Both the position numbers and the translations under genes were made by a program. The notes beneath the pieces are model-generated. The model did not search any database. It was not told the DNA's origin and saw only the letters and a list, made by a program, of their open reading frames with translations. Positions 11,410 through 22,022 of a DNA stretch of 64,000 nt are shown here, one piece after another. How positions within the stretch are numbered: position 1 is the first letter of the stretch; each line of letters begins with the position of its first letter. Origin of the DNA: Candidatus Marinacidobacterales bacterium (GTDB lineage Bacteria; Acidobacteriota; Vicinamibacteria; Marinacidobacterales; SMYC01); contig CBDCYI010000005.1 in assembly GCA_965224085.1 (NCBI GenBank), forward strand, positions 640,001 to 704,000, in the 5' to 3' direction.

Positions 11410-13266
11410 ATGCGAAACGTTGCGCAGTGGATCGCGCTCCCGGTCGTCGCTTTCGTCGCCACGGCCGCGCTCTACCGGAGCGCGTCCGAGATCGTCGTCG
11501 ATTTCGAGCGCGGCTATGAGGACGCGTTCGTCGAGAATTTCCATCCCCGCGAGCGCGCGGACGATTTCTATTTCCGGTGGACCCAAACCGTCTCGAGCCT
11601 CGTCTTCAGGCATCTGCCTGCGAGCGGTGATATCGGTGTCGAGGCGACGCTCGCCGCAGCGCGCCCTCGAGAAGGAACGCACCCGCTCATTCGCTTCACC
11701 GTCAACGGCGTGACCGTCCACCAGTCGGAAAGCCGCGCCGGAAAACACGACTATCGCTTCGATTTCCCCGCTCCCGGCACCTCGGTAACGATCGGGATCG
11801 AATCCGACACCTTTAGCGCCGCGGACGGTCGAGCGCTCGGTGTTCAAGCTCGGCAGGTGAAGCTCACGCGTCCAGACGGCGGCTCTTGGCCGTTGCCTGC
11901 GCTCTTGATGGCACTCGCCTGCGCGCTGCTGTTCGGCGCCGCCAGGCTTGCCGGCGCGCCGATCGCGGGCGCCGTCGGCTTTTCCGGAACGTTCACCGCA
12001 GGCTTCCTGTTTCTGCTCATGCAGCAGGGCCTGCGCTTTTCGAGCTATCCAAGCGAGTTGGTGCTTCTCGCGGCTTTTGCTCTCGTCATCACGGCCGCAT
12101 TGCGGCTCGCCTTCGATCGCAGCGACTGGCTTCACGTTTCGGAAAGGCCCCTCGTCACGCTCGTCATCGTCGGGAGCTTTCTGCTCAAGATCGGGACGCT
12201 CACCTACCCGCTGATGCTCAGCTCTGACGCGCTCTTCCATGCGAATCGCCTCAGCGAGCTTCTGGCCGGCAACTGGTATCTCACATCCGTCACGCAGCAC
12301 GCCCCTCCGTTTCACATTCCATATCCCTTCGCGCTCTTTGCGATCTCGGCACCGCTCGCTTCGATGGGGCTCGATCGGGTGCTCTCGCTAGAGCTTGTTG
12401 CCGGCCTCACGGACGTCGCTGCTGGACTCGCCATCATCTTCTTGGCGCATCGCTTCCTCAACGACGTCCGCGCCGGCATTCTCGGCGCCGTCTTGTATCA
12501 GCTCGTGCCTCTGAACGGCCTCGCGTTCTCCGCCGGCAACTTGTCGAATCTGTTCGCCGCCGGTACCACGACCATCGCGTTCGCGCTTTTCGCCGCCGTC
12601 ATGTCGCGCCCTCGCACCGCCACATCCGTCGGTTTGTTGCTTCTCGTGAGCCTATCGCTCACGGCACATTTCGGGATGTTCATCGAAGGCATGGTGCTCT
12701 GGCCGGCGTTCCTCTTGCTCGTCGGCTTGGCCGTACCGCCGCGTCCGGGCGCCCTCAGCCGGAGACCGGTCGTCTTGGCGACGACGGCGGCGCTCGTTCT
12801 CGTCCTTTTGTACTACGCAGGCTACTGGAACCTCTTCATCGGACAGTGGGAGCGCGCCCTGGAGCGCGACTACGCTTCGGGCGCCGCCGCCGTGTCTGGA
12901 CCCCTCGAGAAGCTACGCTTCAATCTCAGCAATCTTTTCGAGCAGCTCGGTCCGGTATTCGGGGCACTCGCGCTGCTCGGAAGCGTCGGTGTTGTGAGCG
13001 CGTTCTCGCGCACGCCGTTTCACGCCGGCGCGGCGGCTTGGCTCGTGACAACGTTCCTATTCTTCTTCGTCGATTTGCTCTCGGCGCTCGAAGTCCGCTA
13101 CGCGCTTCAAGTGCTCTCGCTCCTCGCGCTTCTGGCCGGGGTCTATCTCTCTTCGGCGTGGGAGCGCGGCGGGGTCGGGCGGCTCGCTGCTTGGGCGGCG
13201 ACCGCCTACCTCGCACTCGCGGGGCTCTGGAACCTCTATGAATGCCTCTTGTTTCGCTACCATTGA
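11410..13266 (+). CDS. Multi-TM protein with N-terminal periplasmic beta-domain, putative GT-C
   Basis: Beta-domain (FHPRE..FRWT..FTVNG), SSDALFH loop, many TMs. Confidence 0.65.
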   Translation: MRNVAQWIALPVVAFVATAALYRSASEIVVDFERGYEDAFVENFHPRERADDFYFRWTQTVSSLVFRHLPASGDIGVEATLAAARPREGTHPLIRFTVNGVTVHQSESRAGKHDYRFDFPAPGTSVTIGIESDTFSAADGRALGVQARQVKLTRPDGGSWPLPALLMALACALLFGAARLAGAPIAGAVGFSGTFTAGFLFLLMQQGLRFSSYPSELVLLAAFALVITAALRLAFDRSDWLHVSERPLVTLVIVGSFLLKIGTLTYPLMLSSDALFHANRLSELLAGNWYLTSVTQHAPPFHIPYPFALFAISAPLASMGLDRVLSLELVAGLTDVAAGLAIIFLAHRFLNDVRAGILGAVLYQLVPLNGLAFSAGNLSNLFAAGTTTIAFALFAAVMSRPRTATSVGLLLLVSLSLTAHFGMFIEGMVLWPAFLLLVGLAVPPRPGALSRRPVVLATTAALVLVLLYYAGYWNLFIGQWERALERDYASGAAAVSGPLEKLRFNLSNLFEQLGPVFGALALLGSVGVVSAFSRTPFHAGAAAWLVTTFLFFFVDLLSALEVRYALQVLSLLALLAGVYLSSAWERGGVGRLAAWAATAYLALAGLWNLYECLLFRYH

Positions 13267-13352
13267 TTCGGTGGAGATCTGGAACTGTGTAGAAGCGAAC
13301 CCGACAAAGAAGAATCGCAACAACCCCGCTCCTGAGTTAAAGTCGCCATCAC

Positions 13353-14171
13353 ATGCGATTTCCTCGTTTTCCCGTGTTCTTCGCGCTCGTTCTCTCCGGC
13401 CCGCTGTACTTGTTGGCCTATCAAGCGAACCCGTCGCGACATTTCGGCATTGGTTATTGGGACAGCTTTTTTCTAGCCGATGAAGAGAGTTTCTATCCGC
13501 CGCTCCGGACGAGCGGGCCGTTCCGCCATCCCGATCAATCCGTCGAGATCAGAGAGTTCGTCGGTCGGCTCACGCGAAGAGACGCGGGCTTCCGAATCCC
13601 GTATCACGCACTCAGAACCCCACTTCGTCTGTCGATGCGGTGCCATCGGTTCGGGCTTTCGGGCAGCGTTGCGCTCACGGTCAACGGAGAACGCATCGAT
13701 GAGTTCGTCTTCACCGAACGCTCCTATCCTTGGGGCGGCATCCGGGCGATCGTACCTCAAAGCGTCGCCGAAAAAGGTCCGCTGAGAATCGACCTTTCGA
13801 CGAAAGGCGGGACGCCGCCACCCGCTCACCTGCCACCGGATCTTGGTCTCGGAGTGGACTGGCTCGAGGTCGAGCCGATGTCCGAGGGCGTCTTGTTGCT
13901 TCCCACGGGGGCCGAGTGGATGCGACTGTTCCTCTTCCTTTTGCTCGCCTTCGTGTTTCTGCGCTTCCTCGGAACGAAACCGGCTGCGGCTGCGGCGGTG
14001 ATGTTCGTGCTCGTCGCGGCGGTCGCCGCGGCAGTAGCGATTTATCCAGTCATCACGTCGAGAATGCTTGCCTCCGCGTGGTTCGGCTTTCTCGGGCTGA
14101 TGCTTCTGATTGGGCTAGCCGAGCTTTCCGACCGGCGCTCCCCCGTCGCGGAGGTCGCTCGGGGTCGTTGA
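13353..14171 (+). CDS. Membrane protein with periplasmic beta-domain, possibly truncated
   Basis: N-terminal TM, LTVNG beta-domain, three C-terminal TMs. Confidence 0.55.
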   Translation: MRFPRFPVFFALVLSGPLYLLAYQANPSRHFGIGYWDSFFLADEESFYPPLRTSGPFRHPDQSVEIREFVGRLTRRDAGFRIPYHALRTPLRLSMRCHRFGLSGSVALTVNGERIDEFVFTERSYPWGGIRAIVPQSVAEKGPLRIDLSTKGGTPPPAHLPPDLGLGVDWLEVEPMSEGVLLLPTGAEWMRLFLFLLLAFVFLRFLGTKPAAAAAVMFVLVAAVAAAVAIYPVITSRMLASAWFGFLGLMLLIGLAELSDRRSPVAEVARGR

Positions 14172-14365
14172 GAGGCGTGGCCCTTGAATCGGCTTCAGGA
14201 AAGAGCTAGCGCGGGGAGTGTCACAGAGGTCGTGCCCACCGACCCACTCACAGCGGCGTCGCAGCTCGCACCTCGCTTGGAGCGGGAGACGCAAGTGTTC
14301 AAAGCCGATGCTCGAAAGCTGGAGAGATTGAAGCCACGCGTCGAGCCCACGGCGCCGAAGAAGGG

Positions 14366-15821
14366 TTATGACTCCGGGATCAGGGTCAGTGACTGCACGG
14401 CAACGACCGTGTTCCGCCCGCGGCGCTCGGGATCGATCTGGTACGGGGTCTTGGAATAGGTCAGAACGAACGCGTTGAACCCCACCCTCAGAAGGCTTCG
14501 CGGGACGGAGAACGCGTAATCACGCCAGCCCGACAGGAGCTCTTGCGCACCCACGGCGGTTCCGTTGACGGCCAGCTCCATCACCACCGGTCGGTCCTCG
14601 AGCTCGAGCCTGGCGTGGAAGACCGCATTCATGTCGTCCACCTGCATCACCGGAACCGCCAGATGGGAGCGTTTGCCACGTGAGCGTCGAAAAGCCATGG
14701 CACCCTCTTGCTCGGCGTCGTGCCAACCCGCCTCGACCAGGACATAGGGAGAGGAAGTCGACGTTTTCGCGATGAAGGGAGCAGTTAGAAGTCGGGGCGT
14801 TTTCTCCTCCCAACTCGAAGGCAGGACTCGTGCGCGAATCGGATCGTGTCCCACCGGCAGATAGTGCGTCTCGATGAACGCCCTCAGCTCCAGCGGAACC
14901 GCCTGGAGATGTCGATCATAGAGGACGAGCTTGGGCGAGATCGTGCCGTTCTGCAGCCCGGTTGCGAGTCGCTCCCAATCCCCTTCCTCGAGCATGGGAC
15001 GGATCTCGTTATGAAGAAAGAAATAGAAGAACGCATGACGGCGAAACACCCCCAAGCCACTGAACCCATCCAGGATCGTCTCGTCGGGGCTCACGTTTTG
15101 GATAACCCAGGCGATATTCTGAAGGGTCGTCCAATTCCTCCGCTCCCAAAACACCAGCGATTGGAAGAAAGGATAGACGGAGATAGCTAAGAGTATCGCG
15201 GCCATGGTCCCCGGCCGTGACCGCCTGGCCTCGAGGACGGGTCCGTTCACTGTCGAAGCACGCCGCCGAGTGGCTCGCTGAACGACGTCGTCGAGCGCTC
15301 CCCCGGCAAAAACGGCGATGAGGGGCAGGAACGTGAGAGCGTACTGCCGGTGCGGAACCGGAATGATGAAAGCTCCCACGACGAGAGACAGGGCGGTTAG
15401 GACCGGAAAGCTATCACCGCGAAACCGAGCCGAGGGTCGACTCATGGCCATCGTTGCCTTCAGCAACCCAACGGCGCCCAACACGAATACGAACGGATTC
15501 TGGAGAAGGAGCTCCTGGAACAGAGGCCAAGCGTCGAGTCTCGTTTTCCACCCGAGGTTCATGAGGGAAGTTGAGCTCGATGAATGGCGCCAGGGCTCCA
15601 CTGTATGTGAAGAAGCCGAGAGTGACGAGAATCGGAAGAGCGAAGCCAAGAGCTAGCCACGCCGCGCCTCGCGAACGCTGCCCGCGCTGGCCGGCCTCTC
15701 GCCCATCGTACAGATAGAGAGCGAGAGCGGCCGCGAAGCCAGGGATGGCGAAAAGCACCTTCTGCGTGAACATCACGGCGCTCCCGAGGAGGACTCCGCT
15801 CAGAAGGAAAGGCCAATGCCC
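14366..15821 (-). pseudogene. Paralog of 2950-5136; 5'-truncated by IS, frameshift near 15565
   Basis: Two frames (MFTQKVLF.. / ..DGFSGLGVFRRHAF..FRRSRGKRS..GRNTVVAV) match 2950-5136. Confidence 0.8.
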
Positions 15822-16185
15822 TGCCTTGGTGCACAACTCGCGATCTCGGTCCACAATTGTCCTGTACTCGCGGATACGAGGTTCCCCATGAGCATTTTCA
15901 AACGCACTCAGCGGAAGTATGTGAAGAAGGCCTATCGCGTGAGGAATTGGCGTGAATATGAGGCGGGTCTACGCAACCGCGGGAGCCTGACCGTCTGGAT
16001 CTCGCTCACCGCCGGCAAGCTTGTGAACTGGGACGCGCCCCGGCCAAGGAGGAGGAAACCGGGCCGTCAACGCAAGTACTCGAACCACGCCATCGAGACG
16101 GCTGTCACCCTGGGCATGGTGTTTCATCTGTCGTCTAGGCAGAGCGAGGGATTGCTGCGATCGTTGTTCGCTCTGATGAAGCTAG

Positions 16186-18187
16186 CCCATGTTTACCCTT
16201 TATGGGCACCCTAACGCTCGTAAGTGACTGAATTCAAAGGAACGGGGGTTGAATTTGCCCAAAACGTAGAGACAGATATTGTGCTTTGAGCGCCATTAAT
16301 ACGTTGTAATCGTGGACAATGATATGTAGTATGCGTGAGGACAGGTTATGTTCTTCCGCATCGTTCGGGCCGCAGGCGGCAAAGGGGTTCAACATGAGTA
16401 TGTCCGCCTGGTCGAGTCGTATCGGGAGCACGGCAAGCCGAAGCAACGCGTAGTGTGCAACTTGGGGCGCAAGGATCTCCTAGTTGCCAATCTCGACTCC
16501 CTCAATCGGTTGCTTGGGGCCGGTGAACCGGCCGACACCGAGCGAGCAGCCGAGCAGATCGCGGGGGCAGACGCGTGGGATTGGGGTCCGATGGTGGTGA
16601 CGGCGACGCTGTGGCGCGAGCTCGGACTGGAGCAGATTCTCGACCGGCTCGGAGGCCGCGGCAAGCGCGACGGAGTGGCGCTAAGCGAGCGAGCTTTGGT
16701 GCTGGTCGCCAACCGGCTATGTGCTCCGTCAAGCGAGCACGGTCTGGCGCGCTGGCTCGAGACCGACTTCGTCTGCGACCGGCAGGGGCGGCGGTGGGTG
16801 CCGCAGTGGCGCGATGATGGGGAGCGGCGAGCGAGTCGCTCCCCGCGGGTTCGCGTGGAGTTTTGCCAACTCAAGCAATGGTACCGAACGCTCGACCAGC
16901 TGCATGCCCGCAAAGAACAGATCGAGAAAGAGCTGTTTTTGCGCTTGCGGGATCTGTTTTCGCTTGAGGTTGACATGGTGTTTTACGACCTGACGTCGAC
17001 GTACTTCGAAGGTCAAGGCCCTCCGGGGCTCGGCGCCCACGGCTACAGTCGCGACCGCAGACCGCGTAACCGGCAAGTGCTTGTCGGTCTGGTGATGGTG
17101 GACGGTTGGCCGATCGCCCACCATGTTTTCGCCGGCAACTGGCGTGACGCGAAAACGGTGCCGCAGGTGCTCAACGATCTCAACGAACGATTCGGTTTGC
17201 ACCGCGTGGTTTTTGTCGGCGACCGAGGGATGGTAACGAGCGACAGCCTGGCGGTGGTGCGCTCGCGCAAGCAGGGCTATCTCGTCGGGCTGCAAAGACG
17301 ACGGCGCGAGGAGGTCTATCGTTACATCGAGCGCGCCAGCGGAGAGTGGATCGACTGCCCTGGTGGCATCACGGTGAGCGAAAAAGCCGAGCCACCTAAG
17401 ACTCGTGTGCAAGAAGTCCGCTCCGAGCAGTCTGGCGTGCGCATCTTCGTCGTTCACAGCGACGAAAGGCTCGCCTACGAGCGCGGGCAGAGGCTGCGGG
17501 CCATGGGACGTGCCCGTGCGGCATTCGAGGCCCTCGAGCGCCGCGTGCGCGAGGGACGATTGAAAGCCCCCGAGAAAATCGGTGCCGCCGCCGCGCGCAT
17601 ACAGGCACGCCACCACGGTCACCGTTACTACGACTGGGAGTACAAAAACGCTCGCTTCCGCTTCTTCGAGCACCCGGACAACCTCAAGCGCGAGCAAGCC
17701 TACGAGGGTAAGTACGTTATTCAAACCGAGGAGCAAAACCTCTCTCCGGTCGACGCCGTGCGCCTTTACAAGGACCTAAACGAGGTCGAGCGAGCCTTCT
17801 CATGCCTTAAGGATGTCATTGAGATGCATCCCGTTTACCACCAGACCGATGAGCGTGTGGAGGCACATCTTTTCGTAGCTACGCTGGCCTTCCTTGTGCA
17901 TCGGGCTCTTGAGAAAAAGCTCAAGGTCGCCGAACTCGACCTGTCCGCAACCGAGGCACTACAAGCGCTACGCTCGGTCCGGCTCGTCGACTTACAGCTG
18001 GGTTCTGGGCGGACCAAGCGCGTCGTCACGCGCGGCACCGCTCGCGCCAACTCGATCCTGACTGCACTCGGAATCGTTGAACGCGACCCGCCAGCCTTCT
18101 CCGAGGAGGTGCTGTCAGCGTAGAGACAAACCGCGGATCTCAGTCCTTTGTTTATGATGACTTAGAGACCTAAAAGGGAAACATGGG
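16186..18187 (+). mobile_element. IS1634 family element
   Basis: Imperfect TIRs CCCATGTTTACCCTTT / AAAGGGAAACATGGG; flanks CTAG / CTCG; the empty site is seen in copy 2. Confidence 0.88.
16348..18123 (+). CDS. IS1634 family DDE transposase
   Basis: YVRLVESYR..GKPKQRVV, FYDLTSTYFEG, VFVGDRGM, VERAF..LK. Confidence 0.92.
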   Translation: MFFRIVRAAGGKGVQHEYVRLVESYREHGKPKQRVVCNLGRKDLLVANLDSLNRLLGAGEPADTERAAEQIAGADAWDWGPMVVTATLWRELGLEQILDRLGGRGKRDGVALSERALVLVANRLCAPSSEHGLARWLETDFVCDRQGRRWVPQWRDDGERRASRSPRVRVEFCQLKQWYRTLDQLHARKEQIEKELFLRLRDLFSLEVDMVFYDLTSTYFEGQGPPGLGAHGYSRDRRPRNRQVLVGLVMVDGWPIAHHVFAGNWRDAKTVPQVLNDLNERFGLHRVVFVGDRGMVTSDSLAVVRSRKQGYLVGLQRRRREEVYRYIERASGEWIDCPGGITVSEKAEPPKTRVQEVRSEQSGVRIFVVHSDERLAYERGQRLRAMGRARAAFEALERRVREGRLKAPEKIGAAAARIQARHHGHRYYDWEYKNARFRFFEHPDNLKREQAYEGKYVIQTEEQNLSPVDAVRLYKDLNEVERAFSCLKDVIEMHPVYHQTDERVEAHLFVATLAFLVHRALEKKLKVAELDLSATEALQALRSVRLVDLQLGSGRTKRVVTRGTARANSILTALGIVERDPPAFSEEVLSA

Positions 18188-18914
18188 CTCGACAATGATG
18201 TGCCCGATCACACCACGATCTCGAGGCGCAAGGCGAAGCTGGGTAAGGTCCCCTTCTACCAAGACAAGCAGAAGACGCCGTTGCACATCTTGATCGACAG
18301 CAGCGGTCTCGCTGTCCACGCCGGCCAGCTGCGCAGAGCACCAAATAGCAGGGACTATCGCAAGCTCCATCTGTGTGTCGACGAGCAGACGGGCGAAGTC
18401 GTCGCCGGCGAGCTGACGAGCAAAAGAGCCCGCGATTCATCGCGGGTTGCATCGCTTGTCGGACAGAGCGACAGTCCCATCTCATCGGCCAGAGCTGACA
18501 CCGCATACGACGCCAGCGGCGTCTATGAGGCAATCGAGAATCACAGCGCTCATCGCTCGCCGAGGGTGCTGATACCGCCGCGCAAGGGCGCCCAGCTCGC
18601 ATCGGGGCCGGCGAGCAGCCGACAGCGCAATCGCAACATTGCAGCACAAGCTCGGCTCGGCAAACGAAAGTGGCACACAGAATCGGGCTACAGCAAACGG
18701 AGCAAAGTCGAGACAACGTTCCATCGCTACAAGGCTATCGTGGGCTCAGCGATGCGAGCGAGAGGGTTGGCGGCACAGAGAGTCGAGGCAAGGATCGGGT
18801 GCAAGATTCTCAACACCATGACGGCGCTCGGGATGCCTGATAGCGAGATGATCGGATGATGGGAGTCGGGGCCAAGCGAGCTCTCGGCCTCTATCGGAGT
18901 TGTGCACCAAGGCA

Positions 18915-19611
18915 ACGGGGTGGCGGTTTTCGTGAGCGGCCGCGTGCCGGCCTATCCGTTGCTGGCGGATACGTCGCTGTATACGCCGGGCGGCAACATT
19001 CTTGACGTGGTCCTGGGAGGGACGATACCGAATCAGTCTCCGGTGGCCGAGCACGGGGGTCCCTACAGCGTGGAGGTGAACTCGTCTCTGACGTTCGATG
19101 GCAGCGCCTCTCACGATCCGGACGGCCTGGTGACGAGCTATGCCTGGGATTTTGGAGACGGAGGCTCGGGCACGGGGGTAAGCCCGAGCCATACCTATAC
19201 GTCCACAGGGAACTACACGGTAACGCTGACGGTGCAAGACCAGGATGGCGCGACGGGCAACGCGACGACGGACGTGACGGTGACGGCACCGCTGCCTAGC
19301 ACGAACGTGGTCTGGACGAACCTGGTTCGAGCCTCGGCAAGCGGCAACGACTTGACGAAGACGGGGACGAGCTTCACCTACGACGCGGGCGCCTCCTCGA
19401 CGAAGTCTCTCCCTTCGGGCAACGGTTACGTGGAGTTCACGATGCCGGATACGACGGCCTATAGGCTGATTGGTCTGAGCAATGGCGATACGAACCAGAG
19501 TCTGGCGGACGTGGACTTCGGAATCTTCACGCGGGCAAACGGCACCTTCTCGGTCATGGAGAACGGAGCGGTCCTCAACACCCAGAGCTACGCTGGGGGG
19601 GATCGCTTTCG
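18915..19611 (+). pseudogene. Internal fragment of a PKD-domain surface protein
   Basis: FDGSASHDPDG..YAWDFGDG..HTY..GNYTVTLTV; cut at both ends. Confidence 0.85.
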
Positions 19612-19746
19612 GAGATGCATGAGAGCGAATCAGTCGATGTCGACGGTCCCGACGATCTGGCGCTCGCAGAGTTTTGGCTGCGCTACAGAGCCACGAAAGA
19701 CGAGGAGGACGCTCGTCGCGCGAAAGGTAGTGGTGACGCCCCTTGA
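19612..19746 (+). pseudogene. 3' fragment of acylneuraminate cytidylyltransferase (NeuA/PseF-like)
   Basis: Manual translation EMHESESVDVDGPDDLALAEFWL...*; stop overlaps the next gene's start. Confidence 0.6.
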
Positions 19747-20684
19747 GCTCGTCGGCACCAAAGCAGGCAGCGTCCTCGTCCGGTTCAGGTCAGGTCGCGC
19801 CGTCGCCGCTCCAACCGGCGCGGGCTCCGCGGATCCCATTTGCCGAAAACGTCTATGGCAAGGTCAAGCGAGTGCGAGTCTTCTGGAGCTGGATCGAGCG
19901 ATTTCGAGCGGCGCGAGGAGGCGGCCGTCTCGAAATCCTCGACTTCGGCTGTGGGACGGGAGTCGATCTAACGTCGCCCATCGCTCACGCCGGCGATGAG
20001 ATCCTCGGCGTTGATATTCATGTGCCCTCGATCGAGCGGGCGCGTAAGATGCACCCTCTTTCCAATCTGAGGTTCAGCCACGAGTCTGCGGCCGAGCTCG
20101 AGGAGCGAGGCGCGCGCTTCGATGTCATCATGTGCTCCGAGGTGCTCGAACATACTTTCCAGCCTGCGCAGCTCCTGCAGCAGTTCCATGGCCTGCTTCG
20201 TGGCGAGGGGCTGCTTATCGTCTCCGTGCCCAACGGCTGGGGAGCCTTCGAAAACCTGCAGCGCATGGACAAGCTTCTGCATCGGTTGGGGATCGGGTAT
20301 ATCATCGACTATGGAGGATGGCTCGTGCGAGCCTCTTATTCCGTGGAGAGAAGCAGGACGTTACCCGCGAGACCGGGCGCCCGCGTGGTCGAAAACGAGG
20401 CAGCCGGATATTTGAACTTCGACTCGAAGCACGTTCAGTTCTTCAGGCTCCAGCGTCTCGAAGGGCTCTTTCGCGAGGCGGGGTTCGCGATCGAGGATCG
20501 CCGCGGGCGCATTCTGCTGTGCGGGCCCTACGCGGACTTCTGGGCGCGCGTTTTGGCTTCCGCCCGCGTCTTGTTCCGTCTCAACAACTGGCTCGCCGAT
20601 TGGCTTCCCTTTGGCTGGGCTGCGGACTGGATGTTTGCGCTGCGACGGGTACCGAAAGACAGGCATGGAGCCGCGTCCCGATAA
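19743..20684 (+). CDS. Class I SAM-dependent methyltransferase
   Basis: ILDFGCGTG, FDVIMCSEVLEH, VSVPN. Confidence 0.88.
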   Translation: MSSSAPKQAASSSGSGQVAPSPLQPARAPRIPFAENVYGKVKRVRVFWSWIERFRAARGGGRLEILDFGCGTGVDLTSPIAHAGDEILGVDIHVPSIERARKMHPLSNLRFSHESAAELEERGARFDVIMCSEVLEHTFQPAQLLQQFHGLLRGEGLLIVSVPNGWGAFENLQRMDKLLHRLGIGYIIDYGGWLVRASYSVERSRTLPARPGARVVENEAAGYLNFDSKHVQFFRLQRLEGLFREAGFAIEDRRGRILLCGPYADFWARVLASARVLFRLNNWLADWLPFGWAADWMFALRRVPKDRHGAASR

Positions 20685-22017
20685 CCTTCCCCGCGTGCTC
20701 ATCGTGAGCTCGAGCGTTTTCAATCCCTACTCTGGGGGCGGCATCACGCTGACCAATCTCTTCAGCGGCTGGCCGAGGGATAAGCTCGCCACCGCTCATG
20801 CCGATAGCTTCGAGCCAGACGAGACGATATGCCGCAACTTCTATCACCTTTCGGCCGACGAGATAGGTTGGGTCTGGCCTCTGAGCCTGCTGGCAGGTCA
20901 CACTCGGAAGGCGGCGCCGCCTGGAGGCGAGGTTTCGGGCGGTGCGCCGGAGCCGCGCCTCAGCAGAAGATCGGTCGTCCAGTCGTCGGCAGGGAAGACC
21001 GTGAGACGCGTTCTGGGCGCTCTGGTATGCGATGAGGGGCTTCAGGACCGTGTGCGGATTTCCAGCGGGCTCGTGTCGTGGGTCGAAGATTTTCGCCCGC
21101 AGCTCATCTATACATTGCTGGGCTCGTTGGGCTTCATCCGGCTGGTACGACAACTCTCAACCTCTTCCGGTGCCGGAGTCGTCGTCCATATGATGGACGA
21201 TTGGCCGACCACCCGATACAAGACCGGCATGCTCGGCGCTTTCTTCCACCGCCGAGCCGAACGGGAGCTTCGCGCGATGCTGGCGGCGGCCTCCGTACGG
21301 CTCGCCATCTCCCAGTCCATGTGCGAAGCCTACGGGCGGCGATACGGCTTACGCTTCCTGCCCTTCCATAATGCTCTCGACCTGGACGATTGGACGTCCC
21401 AAGCGCGTGGGAGCTGGGAGAAGAGTGCCACCTTTCGGATGCTCTACTCGGGCTCCATCGAGTCCTACGCCCAGCTGGAAAGTCTGGCCGATGTCGCACG
21501 CGTTACCGGCCAGCTGCATCGCCGCGGCGAACCGGTGGAGCTTACGATCCGAGCCCCGGCACATTGCCTGCAGATCCATCGCGCCCGATTCGACCTGTCT
21601 CCGGCGGTTCAACTAAAGCCCGCTCCCGAGCCCGACGAGATAGCTCGCGTGCTGGCCGGGGCCGATTTGCTCGTGCTGCCCGTCAACTTCGACCGCCGTT
21701 CTTTCAACTACATTCGCTACTCCTTTCCTACCAAGCTTCCCGCCTATCTTGCCTCCGGAACCCCAGTGCTCGCCTATGGACCGCGCGGCGTAACGCAGAT
21801 TCACTTGGCTGAGGAACAGGGCTGGGGACGCGTGGTTTCTCGTCGCGACGATACCGAGCTCGCGGCTGCGATTCGTGGGCTCATGTCCAACCAGACGGAG
21901 CGAGAAGCCTTTGGTCGACGCGGGCTCGAGATCGCCAGCTCGCTCCATACCGCGGCCAGGGTGCGACCGGCGTTTCAAGATGTGTTGGCACGGGCGGCCG
22001 AGCCCCGAGCGTCATAG
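20665..22017 (+). CDS. GT4-like glycosyltransferase
   Basis: HMMDDW, YSGS, ADLLVLP, PTKLPAYLASGTPVL. Confidence 0.88.
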   Translation: MEPRPDNLPRVLIVSSSVFNPYSGGGITLTNLFSGWPRDKLATAHADSFEPDETICRNFYHLSADEIGWVWPLSLLAGHTRKAAPPGGEVSGGAPEPRLSRRSVVQSSAGKTVRRVLGALVCDEGLQDRVRISSGLVSWVEDFRPQLIYTLLGSLGFIRLVRQLSTSSGAGVVVHMMDDWPTTRYKTGMLGAFFHRRAERELRAMLAAASVRLAISQSMCEAYGRRYGLRFLPFHNALDLDDWTSQARGSWEKSATFRMLYSGSIESYAQLESLADVARVTGQLHRRGEPVELTIRAPAHCLQIHRARFDLSPAVQLKPAPEPDEIARVLAGADLLVLPVNFDRRSFNYIRYSFPTKLPAYLASGTPVLAYGPRGVTQIHLAEEQGWGRVVSRRDDTELAAAIRGLMSNQTEREAFGRRGLEIASSLHTAARVRPAFQDVLARAAEPRAS

Positions 22018-22022
22018 CCCCT

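Larger units (their letters stand above)
15822..18914 (+). mobile_element. IS5 family (IS903 group), copy 1, interrupted by IS1634
   Basis: 18-bp TIRs TGCCTTGGTGCACAACTC / GAGTTGTGCACCAAGGCA; near-identical to 42645-43731; split transposase; no TSD. Confidence 0.92.

Noticed and set aside
18902-19999. 365-aa PKD ORF as a real gene
   Set aside because: It starts in an IS TIR and reads out of frame across the 19611 junction.
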